Shown here: positions 18,536 through 28,749 of the stretch, in pieces
Layout of the letters: each line of letters begins with the position of its first letter
Numbering within the stretch: the first letter of the stretch is position 1
IMG/VR virus record: IMGVR_UViG_3300021959_008943
DNA from: an uncultured virus (IMG/VR IMGVR_UViG_3300021959_008943)
Lineage: Duplodnaviria; Heunggongvirae; Uroviricota; Caudoviricetes
DNA length: 64,000 nt
Reading direction: 5' to 3' (one strand)
Position numbers and translations under genes: made by a program
Notes under the pieces: model-generated
What the model saw: the letters and a program-made list of their open reading frames with translations, nothing else
Databases searched by the model: none
What the model was told of the DNA's origin: nothing

Positions 18536-20143
18536 TTAAAAATTGGTGTGACTAGGGTCATATTTAACTTCCATGTCACCATCTAAAGACCAAGAATTTT
18601 CTGGAATGTCTTCAGTTTCTTCTACCCCGTCATCAATAAACCCAAATGGCACGACATCGGCTTCAATTTCTTCCATTCTCTGTTTAAACATCATTTCTTT
18701 TAAATTAATATCAGTAAGATTTCTAAAATAATCTCCTGTTGCAAAATAACCAAACATAACTAAATTCATCATTAAGTCATCGTGGTTGCCATCTGAAGCT
18801 TCGTATGATTGACCTTTTGCCACAAATGTAGATATTTCTAATATAGTATTTTCATCATATATTTCTAATTTATTTTCTTCTAATATATCTTTTATAGCAG
18901 AACAACCAAGTCGCTTGACTTTACGAGTCATTTCAACCCCAAGCGCATTTGCTTTAATAGCTGACTCAATAAACAGATTTTCATATTCTAGTTCATGATA
19001 TAACCCATTGCATACAACCATGCCTTGGTCATTAGATTCTACTACAACCATTGCTTCATTGTATAGTTTTGCATATTTATAAATAATATTTGGGAAGAGT
19101 AATGGAGAGATAGTGTTATTGCGATATACAGCAACCTGTTCAAACGGGCGCGCGCTAATATCGATCAAATTAAAAGTTGAATAATCCTGTCCTCTTCCCC
19201 TCGAAACATCGACTGTCATAACGTAGTCATGTTCTTTTTTAGGTTCTTCATAAATATATAATGAATTAGATTCTAACAATGCTTTAGATGGTTTAGCTCT
19301 AAATTCTAATAGTTTATTTCCAGATATTAATGTATCACCCGTGCCAAAAAATGTATTACCAAACTCTTGGTCAAATTGCATCTGAGATGTATTAGCAATG
19401 GTTTGTTTTTTCCATTCTATATCTCTTCCAGGAACATCCCACCAATCTACTTTAAATGGCGTAAATTCATTTGTTTTTTGGACAGCGCCTTCCCATATCT
19501 TTTGAAATGTATTACCAATACCATTTGCTGTTGATGTAATAATAATTTTAGTATTTTTACCAGATGATACAACTGGATATGTAGATGTGTAAAATTCTGC
19601 TGCTCTTTCAACGAAAGCAAATTCGTCAAGGTATAGAAGGTTAACAGACATACCACGAATAGAACTACCAGATGTTGCCGCAGCAATAATACGAGAGTTA
19701 TTACTAAATTCTATAGAACCTTTGTTTAAAGCTTTACATCCTGGCTGTAAAAAGAACGGTAAATTTTCAAGTGTCATAGTTACTCGAGATAACATTTCAC
19801 GAGCAGTTGCCCCTTTATTCGCAAGGATAGCAATTGTTTTTTCTGGATTAAAAATAGCAAACCATAGCAAATACACAACTGAAGAAATTGATTTACCAGA
19901 CTGTCGGCATGCTAGTACAATATTAAATCTGTTATTATTAAAATGGCTAAACATTTTTTCTTGATATGGATAAAGCTCAAATGGAACTAATCCTAAATCA
20001 AGAGAAATAATTTTACAATATTTTGATGCAAAATATGCAGGATTGTTCATGCACTTAGCGTATTCTTGCACTTCATGTTCAGTCCAATTTTGAACAATCC
20101 CATCGCGCTTTACATTAGGATTGCCAAGATAAGTGTCATTCAT
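18536..20143 (-). CDS. gp17: Terminase large subunit gp17
   Basis: YLGNPN.K, RQSGKS, LDEFAF, STANG and HDDL.M. Confidence 0.98.
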   Translation of the reverse strand: MNDTYLGNPNVKRDGIVQNWTEHEVQEYAKCMNNPAYFASKYCKIISLDLGLVPFELYPYQEKMFSHFNNNRFNIVLACRQSGKSISSVVYLLWFAIFNPEKTIAILANKGATAREMLSRVTMTLENLPFFLQPGCKALNKGSIEFSNNSRIIAAATSGSSIRGMSVNLLYLDEFAFVERAAEFYTSTYPVVSSGKNTKIIITSTANGIGNTFQKIWEGAVQKTNEFTPFKVDWWDVPGRDIEWKKQTIANTSQMQFDQEFGNTFFGTGDTLISGNKLLEFRAKPSKALLESNSLYIYEEPKKEHDYVMTVDVSRGRGQDYSTFNLIDISARPFEQVAVYRNNTISPLLFPNIIYKYAKLYNEAMVVVESNDQGMVVCNGLYHELEYENLFIESAIKANALGVEMTRKVKRLGCSAIKDILEENKLEIYDENTILEISTFVAKGQSYEASDGNHDDLMMNLVMFGYFATGDYFRNLTDINLKEMMFKQRMEEIEADVVPFGFIDDGVEETEDIPENSWSLDGDMEVKYDPSHTNF

Positions 20144-20471
20144 GATCTATAATTTTTTCTTCTTGTTTTAGCATTCTTTGTAAATCTGTTGTAGATCCAA
20201 TGAATACATTATTTGTGGTTTGGCCTTTAGGCAACTCCGTCAATTCATCCTTTTTATCAAAGTCTTTTTTCTTTTTATGAAGATCTAATAAATTTCCATT
20301 AATATCAGCCACATGTTTCATCATATTAGAAAATACTTCAAACGCTCTAGGATGTTCTGTTGCTCTAGCAACTTCTATCATCTCATCAAGCGCATCAGTG
20401 CCTTTTGCTAGTAAGTCATGGTAATTTCTTCTAGCATATTCAAAATCATTATCGGGTGTATCAGAATCCAT
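20136..20471 (-). CDS. gp16: Terminase small subunit gp16
   Basis: DFEYAR, HPRAFEV and NN.F.GST.DL. Confidence 0.93.
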   Translation of the reverse strand: MDSDTPDNDFEYARRNYHDLLAKGTDALDEMIEVARATEHPRAFEVFSNMMKHVADINGNLLDLHKKKKDFDKKDELTELPKGQTTNNVFIGSTTDLQRMLKQEEKIIDHE

Positions 20472-21259
20472 TAAGCACTATCACCATAATAAGTTATTGT
20501 TTCAGTAAATCCAAAGTCGCTATCTGCCAAACCAATCGTATCGATTGGATTTGGGGTAACAGATATTTTTTCTAAAGCAACATCTGAATCATTAAGCCCA
20601 TTGTCAATTTGATAAAGATTAGTATCCGCTTGGCGAATAATAGTTTTAGAAGAAATAGGCCCATAAAAATTGACTTTCATATCAAAGTCTAAAGTATATA
20701 TTATTGTGCGCCTTTGCTCTTGAGTTCCTTCATAATCATCAGTAAATGAAATCCCAGATAAAGAAATTGGAATATCTTCTTTTATATTTGAATAATCATC
20801 AAATGGCTTAATCGTCAAAGTATATTGAGGCGTAAAATAAGGAAATATTTGTTCTACAATTTGTAAAGCATCATCTTGGTTTTTTGCATAAACACTTAAT
20901 TGAAAGCTAATAATATATGGAACATAAGAGTTAAATTTATTTCTTTTATTAACATTTGACCCAGCTTGGGAAAAGGTGTTATTCTTTTGAAGTTGCCTTG
21001 TTAAATCATATGCAATAGCCGTGATTTCAAAAGACATTCTTGGTAGTTTAATTGATACTTTTGAGTCATCAACTAAATCTGGTTGCTGATTAATTCTTTC
21101 GAGAAATTTTTGTTTTGGCCCATATGCTAATGGAACTTTCATTTGATTGATTACAGATCCCGAAGAATTTTTACGAATGACATAAAGATTATTAAATAGC
21201 GCGCCAAAAATAGCTACGCTTTTTCTAATTTTTTCGTGATAAAAGTGACCGCCGAACAT
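20471..21259 (-). CDS. gp15: Tail sheath stabilizer gp15
   Basis: FG.LFN, KVPLAYGPKQKFL, LPRMSFE and QIVEQI.PYF.P. Confidence 0.95.
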   Translation of the reverse strand: MFGGHFYHEKIRKSVAIFGALFNNLYVIRKNSSGSVINQMKVPLAYGPKQKFLERINQQPDLVDDSKVSIKLPRMSFEITAIAYDLTRQLQKNNTFSQAGSNVNKRNKFNSYVPYIISFQLSVYAKNQDDALQIVEQIFPYFTPQYTLTIKPFDDYSNIKEDIPISLSGISFTDDYEGTQEQRRTIIYTLDFDMKVNFYGPISSKTIIRQADTNLYQIDNGLNDSDVALEKISVTPNPIDTIGLADSDFGFTETITYYGDSA

Positions 21260-21261
21260 AT

Positions 21262-21522
21262 CTAACCTTTATATATTTGTTGAAGCTTTGTTTCAAATAA
21301 TTCTATTTTTTCTAATCTATTTGGCCACAGAATATATTCTTTTTCTGGATTTTTCTTTAAATTATTTAAAAGTGGAACTACAGAATTATAAAGCTTATCT
21401 AATCTAGATTGAGTAGTCATAGCTAATTGCTCAGCATTATGTGCTACTGCAGCAGTTTGTTGTACTGTTTGAAGCTCATCTTCATCTACGGCCGTAAAGC
21501 CAAAATCAAACATTTCATCCAT
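21262..21522 (-). CDS. Hypothetical protein
   Basis: FDFGFTAVDEDEL...PLL.NL..NPEK.YI.WPNR; coupled to gp14. Confidence 0.75.
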   Translation of the reverse strand: MDEMFDFGFTAVDEDELQTVQQTAAVAHNAEQLAMTTQSRLDKLYNSVVPLLNNLKKNPEKEYILWPNRLEKIELFETKLQQIYKG

Positions 21523-22421
21523 TATTCAGGATCTCCAAATGGATTAGATTCAGAAAAATCTAAGAAATCAGTAAGTGTATCAAAATATGTATTTTGTTCG
21601 GTGTTTGATAATTGATTATCTTCAGCTACTGATACTACATTAGACAATGCAAATAACTCACCAGCTGAAGTATCTAAATCTGTTGTACCTACAATTGATC
21701 TGCCACTAACAAATGTATGATATAATCCATCATCAGCGCCAGCATTAATAACTCCAAGAATAAGATCTGAATCACTCCAACGAGAAACTTCGCCAGACAT
21801 TACAACACCATCCGAGAAAGTTTGATTTACAGTTTCGCCTAATGCAAAACCACCACCATCTGAATCTAGTGTAAGTAAATACTCATAGCCATAATCTCTT
21901 GCTATATCATCTACGTCAGTAATATCAGTATCAAAGTCTTCACCACTAAATTCAAATAGTTCGCAACGCAATTTATATGTTGGTAAATCTTTTAATTGGT
22001 AAAACGGTTGTTCATGCTCAACATGCGTAATTTCAAATAATTTTTTAGAAAACGGAATGTAAAGTAAATCACCTTCAAAGGGTCTTACACCTTCAAGTTC
22101 ATTATCATATCTTGCAACAGTTTGCTCCCAACGTTTTTTTGCCACAATAAATGTGGCCTGATCTCGTATTTCAACTCCAAATTTTGTAAATAGATCTCCT
22201 TCGCCGTCAAAACCTTCAATGTTTTCAATGTACATTTCAATTTTATATGACGAATTAAAACGAGAATTAGCATCCTCATTTAAAATATTATCTTTATTTA
22301 CTATATCGCGCGGGAGATAGTAAATATCTTGGCCATAGATTTTTAGAGATTCAATTATAATTTCTTCATATAATTGTTGCTCTGGCCTACTGCCTTGGCT
22401 GAAATACATATTAGTTGCCAT
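21522..22421 (-). CDS. gp14: Neck protein gp14
   Basis: ES...YG...YYLPR, KFG.EIRD, P.EGDL.Y, PFYQL and DFSE.NPFG. Confidence 0.95.
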   Translation of the reverse strand: MATNMYFSQGSRPEQQLYEEIIIESLKIYGQDIYYLPRDIVNKDNILNEDANSRFNSSYKIEMYIENIEGFDGEGDLFTKFGVEIRDQATFIVAKKRWEQTVARYDNELEGVRPFEGDLLYIPFSKKLFEITHVEHEQPFYQLKDLPTYKLRCELFEFSGEDFDTDITDVDDIARDYGYEYLLTLDSDGGGFALGETVNQTFSDGVVMSGEVSRWSDSDLILGVINAGADDGLYHTFVSGRSIVGTTDLDTSAGELFALSNVVSVAEDNQLSNTEQNTYFDTLTDFLDFSESNPFGDPE

Positions 22422-22424
22422 AAT

Positions 22425-23177
22425 TTACCCCATAAAAAAATCTGATGGGAATTCATGCTCTAAACGAATAGATTCTCTTAGCCGTTCTAAATCTTGTTGT
22501 GCATCTTCAAAGATTTGTCTGCCATTAAGAGTTACGCCACCAGGAAGAGTCATACCTTCAAACTTAATTAAATTAGAACCCCATTGCCTTTTGAATAATG
22601 CTGTTGTGTATTCTTTTAACCAGCGATCATTATAAATTGAAGTGTTTGTATTAGGGTCTAAAATCTTATAAACTTCTGCTACAATGTAATCATCCTTTTC
22701 AATATCTTTATCTTCGAAATCCCCATAAATATAAAGTCTATTTTCTCTTCTTGAAAATTGAACTTGAGGAGTACCATTTAACTTCATATCAATTAATGAT
22801 AAGTATTGCTGCATTTGTTCATAATAAGCTAAATCGCCCATATATGTATGAAGGTTTGCAATGTCATTTAAATGTAATTGGTATTTAATATCGAAAAAAT
22901 CTTTTGTGACCGCGCCGCCTTTTATTGGAAACAGTCTAGATACATAAGTAATACTACTATCTAAAGAAATATATTGATTTGTAACATCGTCTTCTGTTAC
23001 TTTATGTTTTAAATATGTCCTTAAAGTCGCATCAGAATGAAACTCTTGATAATATTGAAGAGCTTCATCTACACGATCTTCTTGTTGTTCAGGGTCAATA
23101 TTGATTTCAATTACTGGATCACCCAATGAACGCATTACGTAATCAATTAAACTCTGCCTGCTGGTTGGATTAGCCAT
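22425..23177 (-). CDS. gp13: Neck protein gp13
   Basis: LG.PVIEIN and WLK.Y..A..K.QWG.NL.KF.G..LPGG...NG. Confidence 0.95.
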   Translation of the reverse strand: MANPTSRQSLIDYVMRSLGDPVIEINIDPEQQEDRVDEALQYYQEFHSDATLRTYLKHKVTEDDVTNQYISLDSSITYVSRLFPIKGGAVTKDFFDIKYQLHLNDIANLHTYMGDLAYYEQMQQYLSLIDMKLNGTPQVQFSRRENRLYIYGDFEDKDIEKDDYIVAEVYKILDPNTNTSIYNDRWLKEYTTALFKRQWGSNLIKFEGMTLPGGVTLNGRQIFEDAQQDLERLRESIRLEHEFPSDFFMG

Positions 23178-23203
23178 GTTTAAAACCTTTAAATCTTTTT
23201 ACT

Positions 23204-23211
23204 TATTTATA
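23204..23211 (-). promoter_or_regulatory. Late promoter TATAAATA for gp13-gp17
   Basis: Exact intergenic motif. Confidence 0.75.
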
Positions 23212-23212
23212 C

Positions 23213-24727
23213 TTACGTATTTGCATGACCATATGACCCTGCATAATAACCTGAGCGGAGATAATTAGGGTAGAATGATAATGAAGGTTGATAGCTATCA
23301 AAGGCAGTAACCGAAACAAAAGAAGAATATGGAAAAACAAAAGTCTTTTCTGTTTCACTATTAAAATTAAGAGGGTATGTATTCGGTGTTATAGCTAGCG
23401 TGGGTGATCCAATGTGATACATAGCTTGATGGGCATCCCCGCCGCTAGATACTTTTCCGCCGTAATGGCCAACATAATTAGTATCTCCTAACGTTGTGGC
23501 TTCGCCATCAGCTGTTGCGTGCGGATAGACTCTTACTTTTCCAATTACAGCAGAAATAGTGTTTGGACAGCCGCTGTTAGCTGACCATCCACCCCAAACA
23601 TAACCCGAGGACGCACTGCTAGTGGCGGCGTGTGCTCCATATGTGCCTTGAGGCCCTCTGTTGGTAGAACCAGATCCAGTTTGAGGTACTAAGCTTTGCC
23701 CCATGTCTGCTTGAGGTACGCTATAACTGTTACCATATGGAAATGCAGCATACGGAAATTGAACTGTTTGTTCTCTAAGACCATTACTATTTCCTGGATA
23801 ATATTTATGAGCTGGGCCACTGCCAACAAAAATTTTAGCATATGTTTTTGATGATGCTGCTTGACCATGATTCCACGAAAAATCCCCAGGAGCATTGTAC
23901 TGAGAGGCATAGTTTCCACCTGATTGAAAAGAAGTATCAGACGAATATGGAGTAGTCAGCCAGCTGCTAATATTCCAAACATGTATTCTTCCATTTGTAT
24001 CTTCTGAATATGGAGTGCCTACCCTATTGGATGGAATAGATGATACTGGCTGCAAAATAAATTTTGTCGGATAAGAACTGATAGATGGATTTCCTATTGT
24101 CTCAATTTGATGCTGTTTTGACATTTTCCAAAAAGTATTGGAGAAGTTGTTGCTGCTTGGATATTGGGCGCCACGCATCCAATATACATGAGTAGGTGAT
24201 GCAGCTTTATGCGATTCCGTCAGGCCGTGGTGTGCTGGTCCGGCAGTACCTACCATTATAGAAGTTTTATTTGCAAAATTAGTATAGAAGACATTCTGTC
24301 TCGTAGTGCTTTTACTGCCGCCAAGTGGTGCGTTATTGACAAGCGGGCTGTTGGCGCCGCCACTAAACCATCCAGTTGTACCAATCATATCTTTATTAAA
24401 ATATGGCTGTAATCCAAGACCTTTAATTCTCCCACCCATATTCATTTTTACAAAACTTGGAGAGTTTACAATAAAGTAACTGCCAAATGTAAAAGAAGCA
24501 TATTGATAGCCTCCATTACGTGGCGTCACACCCTTTCCGGGAGCTAGATTTGGCATAAACGCTGAAGACGCTTGGGCAGGTCCAGCAGATTTTATTGAAT
24601 AATGCGTGGTGTTTGGCGTACCAAAAGACATCTGAAATGCGTAACCATTGTTCGCTTGATTAGGATTACCAGGACTCGGCGTCGTGCTGCTTCCCCCAGG
24701 ATTTCTTTGTAAAAAACGTACTACCAT
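23213..24727 (-). CDS. G/S/P/T/N/Y-rich putative virion protein with degenerate (F/Y)P(F/Y)(A/S)S repeats
   Basis: 504-aa ORF with TPYSSD, FPYAA, YPHAT and FPYSS; few acidic residues. Function inferred. Confidence 0.55.
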   Translation of the reverse strand: MVVRFLQRNPGGSSTTPSPGNPNQANNGYAFQMSFGTPNTTHYSIKSAGPAQASSAFMPNLAPGKGVTPRNGGYQYASFTFGSYFIVNSPSFVKMNMGGRIKGLGLQPYFNKDMIGTTGWFSGGANSPLVNNAPLGGSKSTTRQNVFYTNFANKTSIMVGTAGPAHHGLTESHKAASPTHVYWMRGAQYPSSNNFSNTFWKMSKQHQIETIGNPSISSYPTKFILQPVSSIPSNRVGTPYSEDTNGRIHVWNISSWLTTPYSSDTSFQSGGNYASQYNAPGDFSWNHGQAASSKTYAKIFVGSGPAHKYYPGNSNGLREQTVQFPYAAFPYGNSYSVPQADMGQSLVPQTGSGSTNRGPQGTYGAHAATSSASSGYVWGGWSANSGCPNTISAVIGKVRVYPHATADGEATTLGDTNYVGHYGGKVSSGGDAHQAMYHIGSPTLAITPNTYPLNFNSETEKTFVFPYSSFVSVTAFDSYQPSLSFYPNYLRSGYYAGSYGHANT

Positions 24728-24728
24728 A

Positions 24729-25865
24729 TTAGACTCCTAACTGGGTAATTGGTCGACCAGAGTTATAAGCCTGGTTTGCAGAAGATGAAATCGGATAAAA
24801 TCCACTACCATCTGTTCTCGCATAATATTGAACACCTGGAGATCTTAGTCTTATTGTTCCAGAGGCATTATAGTTTGGTGTAACTTGCCCCCAAGTTACG
24901 TTCATTTGAATTCCGCCTGATCCTGGATATGTAAATGGCGTACTAAATGTAAACGTTTTTGCGCCTGAACCAGACCACGTATAGGGCGTTGGGCCAAAAT
25001 TAATAGTAGATGTATAATAACTGCTACTAGTAGTAGACGCGGCGTTAGGAGTAGGGCCCATTGCAATTGTAAATTGCGGAGCCACTGGGCGGTTAGGCGC
25101 GGTGTTTAAATACCATGAACACGAATTAATTGTTTTAGAACTAGAAAGCCCTGCTGTGGTCAATTCAGCTGATGGATAATTAAATCTTACAATTCCTCTT
25201 CTATACCAAGTATTAGCAATAGAATGTGTACTGTTTGGATTTGTAATGTAAGGGGTGCTGGCATATGGCGAGCCCCCAGGAAGAAAGAAAGGCCCTGAAC
25301 CACCACCACTTGGTGTAGGTGTTACAGAAGTATCGCCAACCGTAACTGTAATATTTTGACCGCTTGCCCCAGTTCCATCAGCCGGATATGCTGATGGAAC
25401 TGAAAAGGTCATTGTCTCAGTGCCTTCAGTCGTTAAATCATTTTGGAATTGGTAAGGAATAGCAGTTCCAAGAGTAGCTGTTCCAGAAGTTGGAGTACCA
25501 GTTGGGTTAAAATCAGGACTTGTAACACCAGTAATACTATATGGAAATGGGGTAGTGGCGCCATCAGAGGCGGTCATTGTAATTGTTACGGTATTTCCTT
25601 CATTTACGGTGGCGGTAGGAGATTTAGTTAATGTGTAAGATACAGGCACCGTCCCTGCTCCCCCCTCGCCGCCATAATCACCTGGAGATAAATCAGCATA
25701 CAAAATTCCGCCACCCATATTAATTGTGCCACTAAAATTAGTAGGCTCTAATACACCAGTCTGCGAGGTGTTAGGCGTAACAATTGTTATATCAGGGCCA
25801 ACGCTATTTGAAAAAATAGTGGTTGTGGTTGTTGGTGTGTTTGATGATGTAATAGTAATTGCCAT
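24729..25865 (-). CDS. Thr/Pro-rich putative virion protein with an Ig/Calx-beta-like domain
   Basis: VNEG..VTIT...PYSITGV...D..TEG.ETMTF pattern. Likely start MAITITS at 25865 after GGAG. Confidence 0.6.
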   Translation of the reverse strand: MAITITSSNTPTTTTTIFSNSVGPDITIVTPNTSQTGVLEPTNFSGTINMGGGILYADLSPGDYGGEGGAGTVPVSYTLTKSPTATVNEGNTVTITMTASDGATTPFPYSITGVTSPDFNPTGTPTSGTATLGTAIPYQFQNDLTTEGTETMTFSVPSAYPADGTGASGQNITVTVGDTSVTPTPSGGGSGPFFLPGGSPYASTPYITNPNSTHSIANTWYRRGIVRFNYPSAELTTAGLSSSKTINSCSWYLNTAPNRPVAPQFTIAMGPTPNAASTTSSSYYTSTINFGPTPYTWSGSGAKTFTFSTPFTYPGSGGIQMNVTWGQVTPNYNASGTIRLRSPGVQYYARTDGSGFYPISSSANQAYNSGRPITQLGV

Positions 25866-25869
25866 TTTT

Positions 25870-27363
25870 TTAAACTCCAAACATGCCCATGTTGCGGCGA
25901 ATTAGTGGTGTTGGCACCTGAGCATAAGTGTTTACAAATGATGCATAAGGAGTTATAGTCGGAACTATTCTAATTTGGCCACCAGAAAATGTATTATATC
26001 CTCCACCCATATATAATTTACTATCTCCTCCAGACACTATATGCGAAGGTGACCCATGCGGCAGCATGGTGCTTGACGTTGAGGACCCGGGAAATGTGAC
26101 AGGCGTTGGCGCAAGCGGCCTATATGATGTAAATACCGGAGCATTAATTGTAGTATTACTAGCAGTTGAATACTTGACTATTGCCCACTGATTCGTCCCT
26201 GTCGATGGTGGGCTAGGCGCGTATGTTCCACCACCTGCAAATATATTACCGCCACCGACATCTTGACCAACACCACTTTCATACATGCCACGGCCGTCAG
26301 GTGTTTTATGCTGAGGACCCAGTTGAGCTGCAACACTAACTGAATTAACAGATGCCGTTGGATATTTGACAAATCCCCCTTGGCCCCAGACTGTTGACCT
26401 AACAGCTGATCCGCCACCCATATGAATAGAATTATCTCCTTCTGAGTAAAAATTCCATGCACCTGAAGAACGATAATACCATCCATTTGAAGCCGGCGCC
26501 GCAGCACTTACCCATTGTGGTAATGAAATGTTTGTTGCCAGCTGAGTTGCTATTTCACTAGCAAAAGGAAAGGTTGTGTACGTTATCTGTGGTGAATATG
26601 ACGGAGAAGGCATAGTACTAGTAATTGGAACAACTGTATTGGAAAAAGTCTTAATTGCATGTAATTTATCTGGCGCAGATCCCGAGCGCTTTCCACCAGT
26701 ATACGTTACTGGCTGGGGTAAATATGTGCTGATAATATTACTAGTTGAAACCGGTGCGCCATCTGTTAAACTAAGAGGAACTTTATACCATTGGCCAGAT
26801 CGCGGCGCGAAATTTGGATTATAATATGGATAAAAAGTAGAACTACCGGCTTTTGCCATATACGCATTCACCGAAGAGGTGCCAGTTCCAAAGCCCCCTT
26901 GTGGCGCATTAGATCCATAAGTTGATCCAATAACCGTTACTGTAGCACCTGGCGTTGCGGCAATTGGCATATAATGCATTCCATCAGAGCCATAACCTGC
27001 TGGATTACTGTTACCCGTAAGACCTGCAAATTGATATATTCTTATATTAGCTTCTTCGTATGGCTCATCTCCTACACCGTGAGCATATTCTGTAGCCCAT
27101 ATATAACCTGGCCCGATTGCCCAACCCTGTGGAGTAGCCTGAAAAGATGTATGCTGTACGTTGCCCGGCGCCGGATTGCCGGCATATGGCGACTCTCCGG
27201 TTGCAATCACTCCTCTAATCAAATCTAAAGGACCAAATTGAGTATTTTCTCTATATTGAGGTTGTGTCGGACCAGCTGGTCCGCCAGGGTTTGTAGTAGG
27301 GGAAAATGAGTCAGGTATCCCACCATACAAGATAATACTATTTCCGGTAATCATAATAGGCAT
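25870..27363 (-). CDS. G/S/P/T-rich putative virion protein, probable paralog of 23213-24727
   Basis: FPFASE, KYPTAS, KYSTAS and PYAS repeats with interspersed GG motifs. Confidence 0.55.
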   Translation of the reverse strand: MPIMITGNSIILYGGIPDSFSPTTNPGGPAGPTQPQYRENTQFGPLDLIRGVIATGESPYAGNPAPGNVQHTSFQATPQGWAIGPGYIWATEYAHGVGDEPYEEANIRIYQFAGLTGNSNPAGYGSDGMHYMPIAATPGATVTVIGSTYGSNAPQGGFGTGTSSVNAYMAKAGSSTFYPYYNPNFAPRSGQWYKVPLSLTDGAPVSTSNIISTYLPQPVTYTGGKRSGSAPDKLHAIKTFSNTVVPITSTMPSPSYSPQITYTTFPFASEIATQLATNISLPQWVSAAAPASNGWYYRSSGAWNFYSEGDNSIHMGGGSAVRSTVWGQGGFVKYPTASVNSVSVAAQLGPQHKTPDGRGMYESGVGQDVGGGNIFAGGGTYAPSPPSTGTNQWAIVKYSTASNTTINAPVFTSYRPLAPTPVTFPGSSTSSTMLPHGSPSHIVSGGDSKLYMGGGYNTFSGGQIRIVPTITPYASFVNTYAQVPTPLIRRNMGMFGV

Positions 27364-27753
27364 TTAGAATATAATACCTTTATTTTCTATATCTTCATGA
27401 TACCTAATTAATTCATCCCACTGGTCTGAGGCCTCAATTCTACAAGAATCATCACTCATTTTTAATGGATAACCATTACTGTCGTATCCAAGAATTGAGC
27501 CATCACTATCAAGAAGCAAAAACTCTCCAATATTTGAATATTTAAGATTTGATCTTCTCTCAATATAAGAAGCACTATCTAAATAAACTAGAGTGTTCGG
27601 GACGTGAAAAAAGCTGTCGGATTCTTTTGCAATATAACCCACATAGGTGTAATCAGATTCATTAAAGTCATAACCGCCAGAAGAAATAAATTCCGGCGTT
27701 TTGCCCATTTGATTTTGCGTGTCTCTATGAAGTTTATATTCAACAAAAGGCAT
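27364..27753 (-). CDS. Hypothetical protein
   Basis: 129-aa ORF tightly packed in the operon. Confidence 0.7.
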   Translation of the reverse strand: MPFVEYKLHRDTQNQMGKTPEFISSGGYDFNESDYTYVGYIAKESDSFFHVPNTLVYLDSASYIERRSNLKYSNIGEFLLLDSDGSILGYDSNGYPLKMSDDSCRIEASDQWDELIRYHEDIENKGIIF

Positions 27754-27758
27754 TTTAA

Positions 27759-28739
27759 TTAGTCCTTATTTAATAGTGGTTTTTCTTCACTAGCGTCTTC
27801 AACATGTAAAGCAACAGGTATAATAGAAGCTGCGCCAGCATCAGGTTTCGGATTTAGTCTAGTAATAGATAGTCTTGTTTCGCTTACTTTAAGATTGCGA
27901 GCTAAATCATTAGCTAAAGAATTTACAAATTCAAATAATTCTCGCGTATCCCAATTATCGCTGTTCTCTTCTCTAATTAAATAGTTTTTAATAGCATTAA
28001 GCAGTTTTGAAGGATTAATTCCAATTTGTTCTAAGTATTCCTGTTCACCCTTAGTAATAGATCCGCTTTGCCTAACATCCCGAATACATTGTTGGATTGA
28101 TCTAGACATATGTGCATATGCTTGATCTTCTTCGATTTCATATTCAGTAATTCCTGAAACCGTTTTATTAAGCTCTTCATAATTTCCTTTAATTGCAATT
28201 AGATCTTTCATAGCACCTTCTAACATAAGAAGATCGCGTTCTTCAGAAGCCCGCATTGAGCCTAATGCTAGCATTAAACGCATTTTCTTAAATCTTTGCT
28301 GCGGAATAGATTCATCTAATTGACCAATTTTATGTTCTACTTCTTGAATTTTAATTTGAGTTTCTAAAACATTCCATTTTGATTGATCGACAATATCAGC
28401 TTTATTTTGAATTTCAGCAGATATTTGGCGCATATTTAAAATAGGGTCAAAGTTAGAAAAGTTAATATGTTTCCATGCATATTGAGTATGCGCATGATTC
28501 CAAATTTCATTTAGATTAGTTGCAATCTGAACAGCTTCATCACAAAGCTTAGCATTTTCTACTAGACTTTTACCTCCAAAGCTTTTCCTGTCAGCATACA
28601 TTCCTTTACTATAAACTTCAGCAATTGAGAGCTTTACGCCTCCACCTAATTTATCTGGATCAGTTAAAAGATTTTCAATATTATCTAGAATTGATAAATC
28701 TTTTTTACCATCAATTTTTTTCACAGCGTTCTTTGCCAT
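27759..28739 (-). CDS. Coiled-coil-rich hypothetical protein
   Basis: Helical heptad-like composition. Likely start MAKN at 28739 after AAGGAAG. Confidence 0.7.
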   Translation of the reverse strand: MAKNAVKKIDGKKDLSILDNIENLLTDPDKLGGGVKLSIAEVYSKGMYADRKSFGGKSLVENAKLCDEAVQIATNLNEIWNHAHTQYAWKHINFSNFDPILNMRQISAEIQNKADIVDQSKWNVLETQIKIQEVEHKIGQLDESIPQQRFKKMRLMLALGSMRASEERDLLMLEGAMKDLIAIKGNYEELNKTVSGITEYEIEEDQAYAHMSRSIQQCIRDVRQSGSITKGEQEYLEQIGINPSKLLNAIKNYLIREENSDNWDTRELFEFVNSLANDLARNLKVSETRLSITRLNPKPDAGAASIIPVALHVEDASEEKPLLNKD

Positions 28740-28749
28740 AATACTTCCT

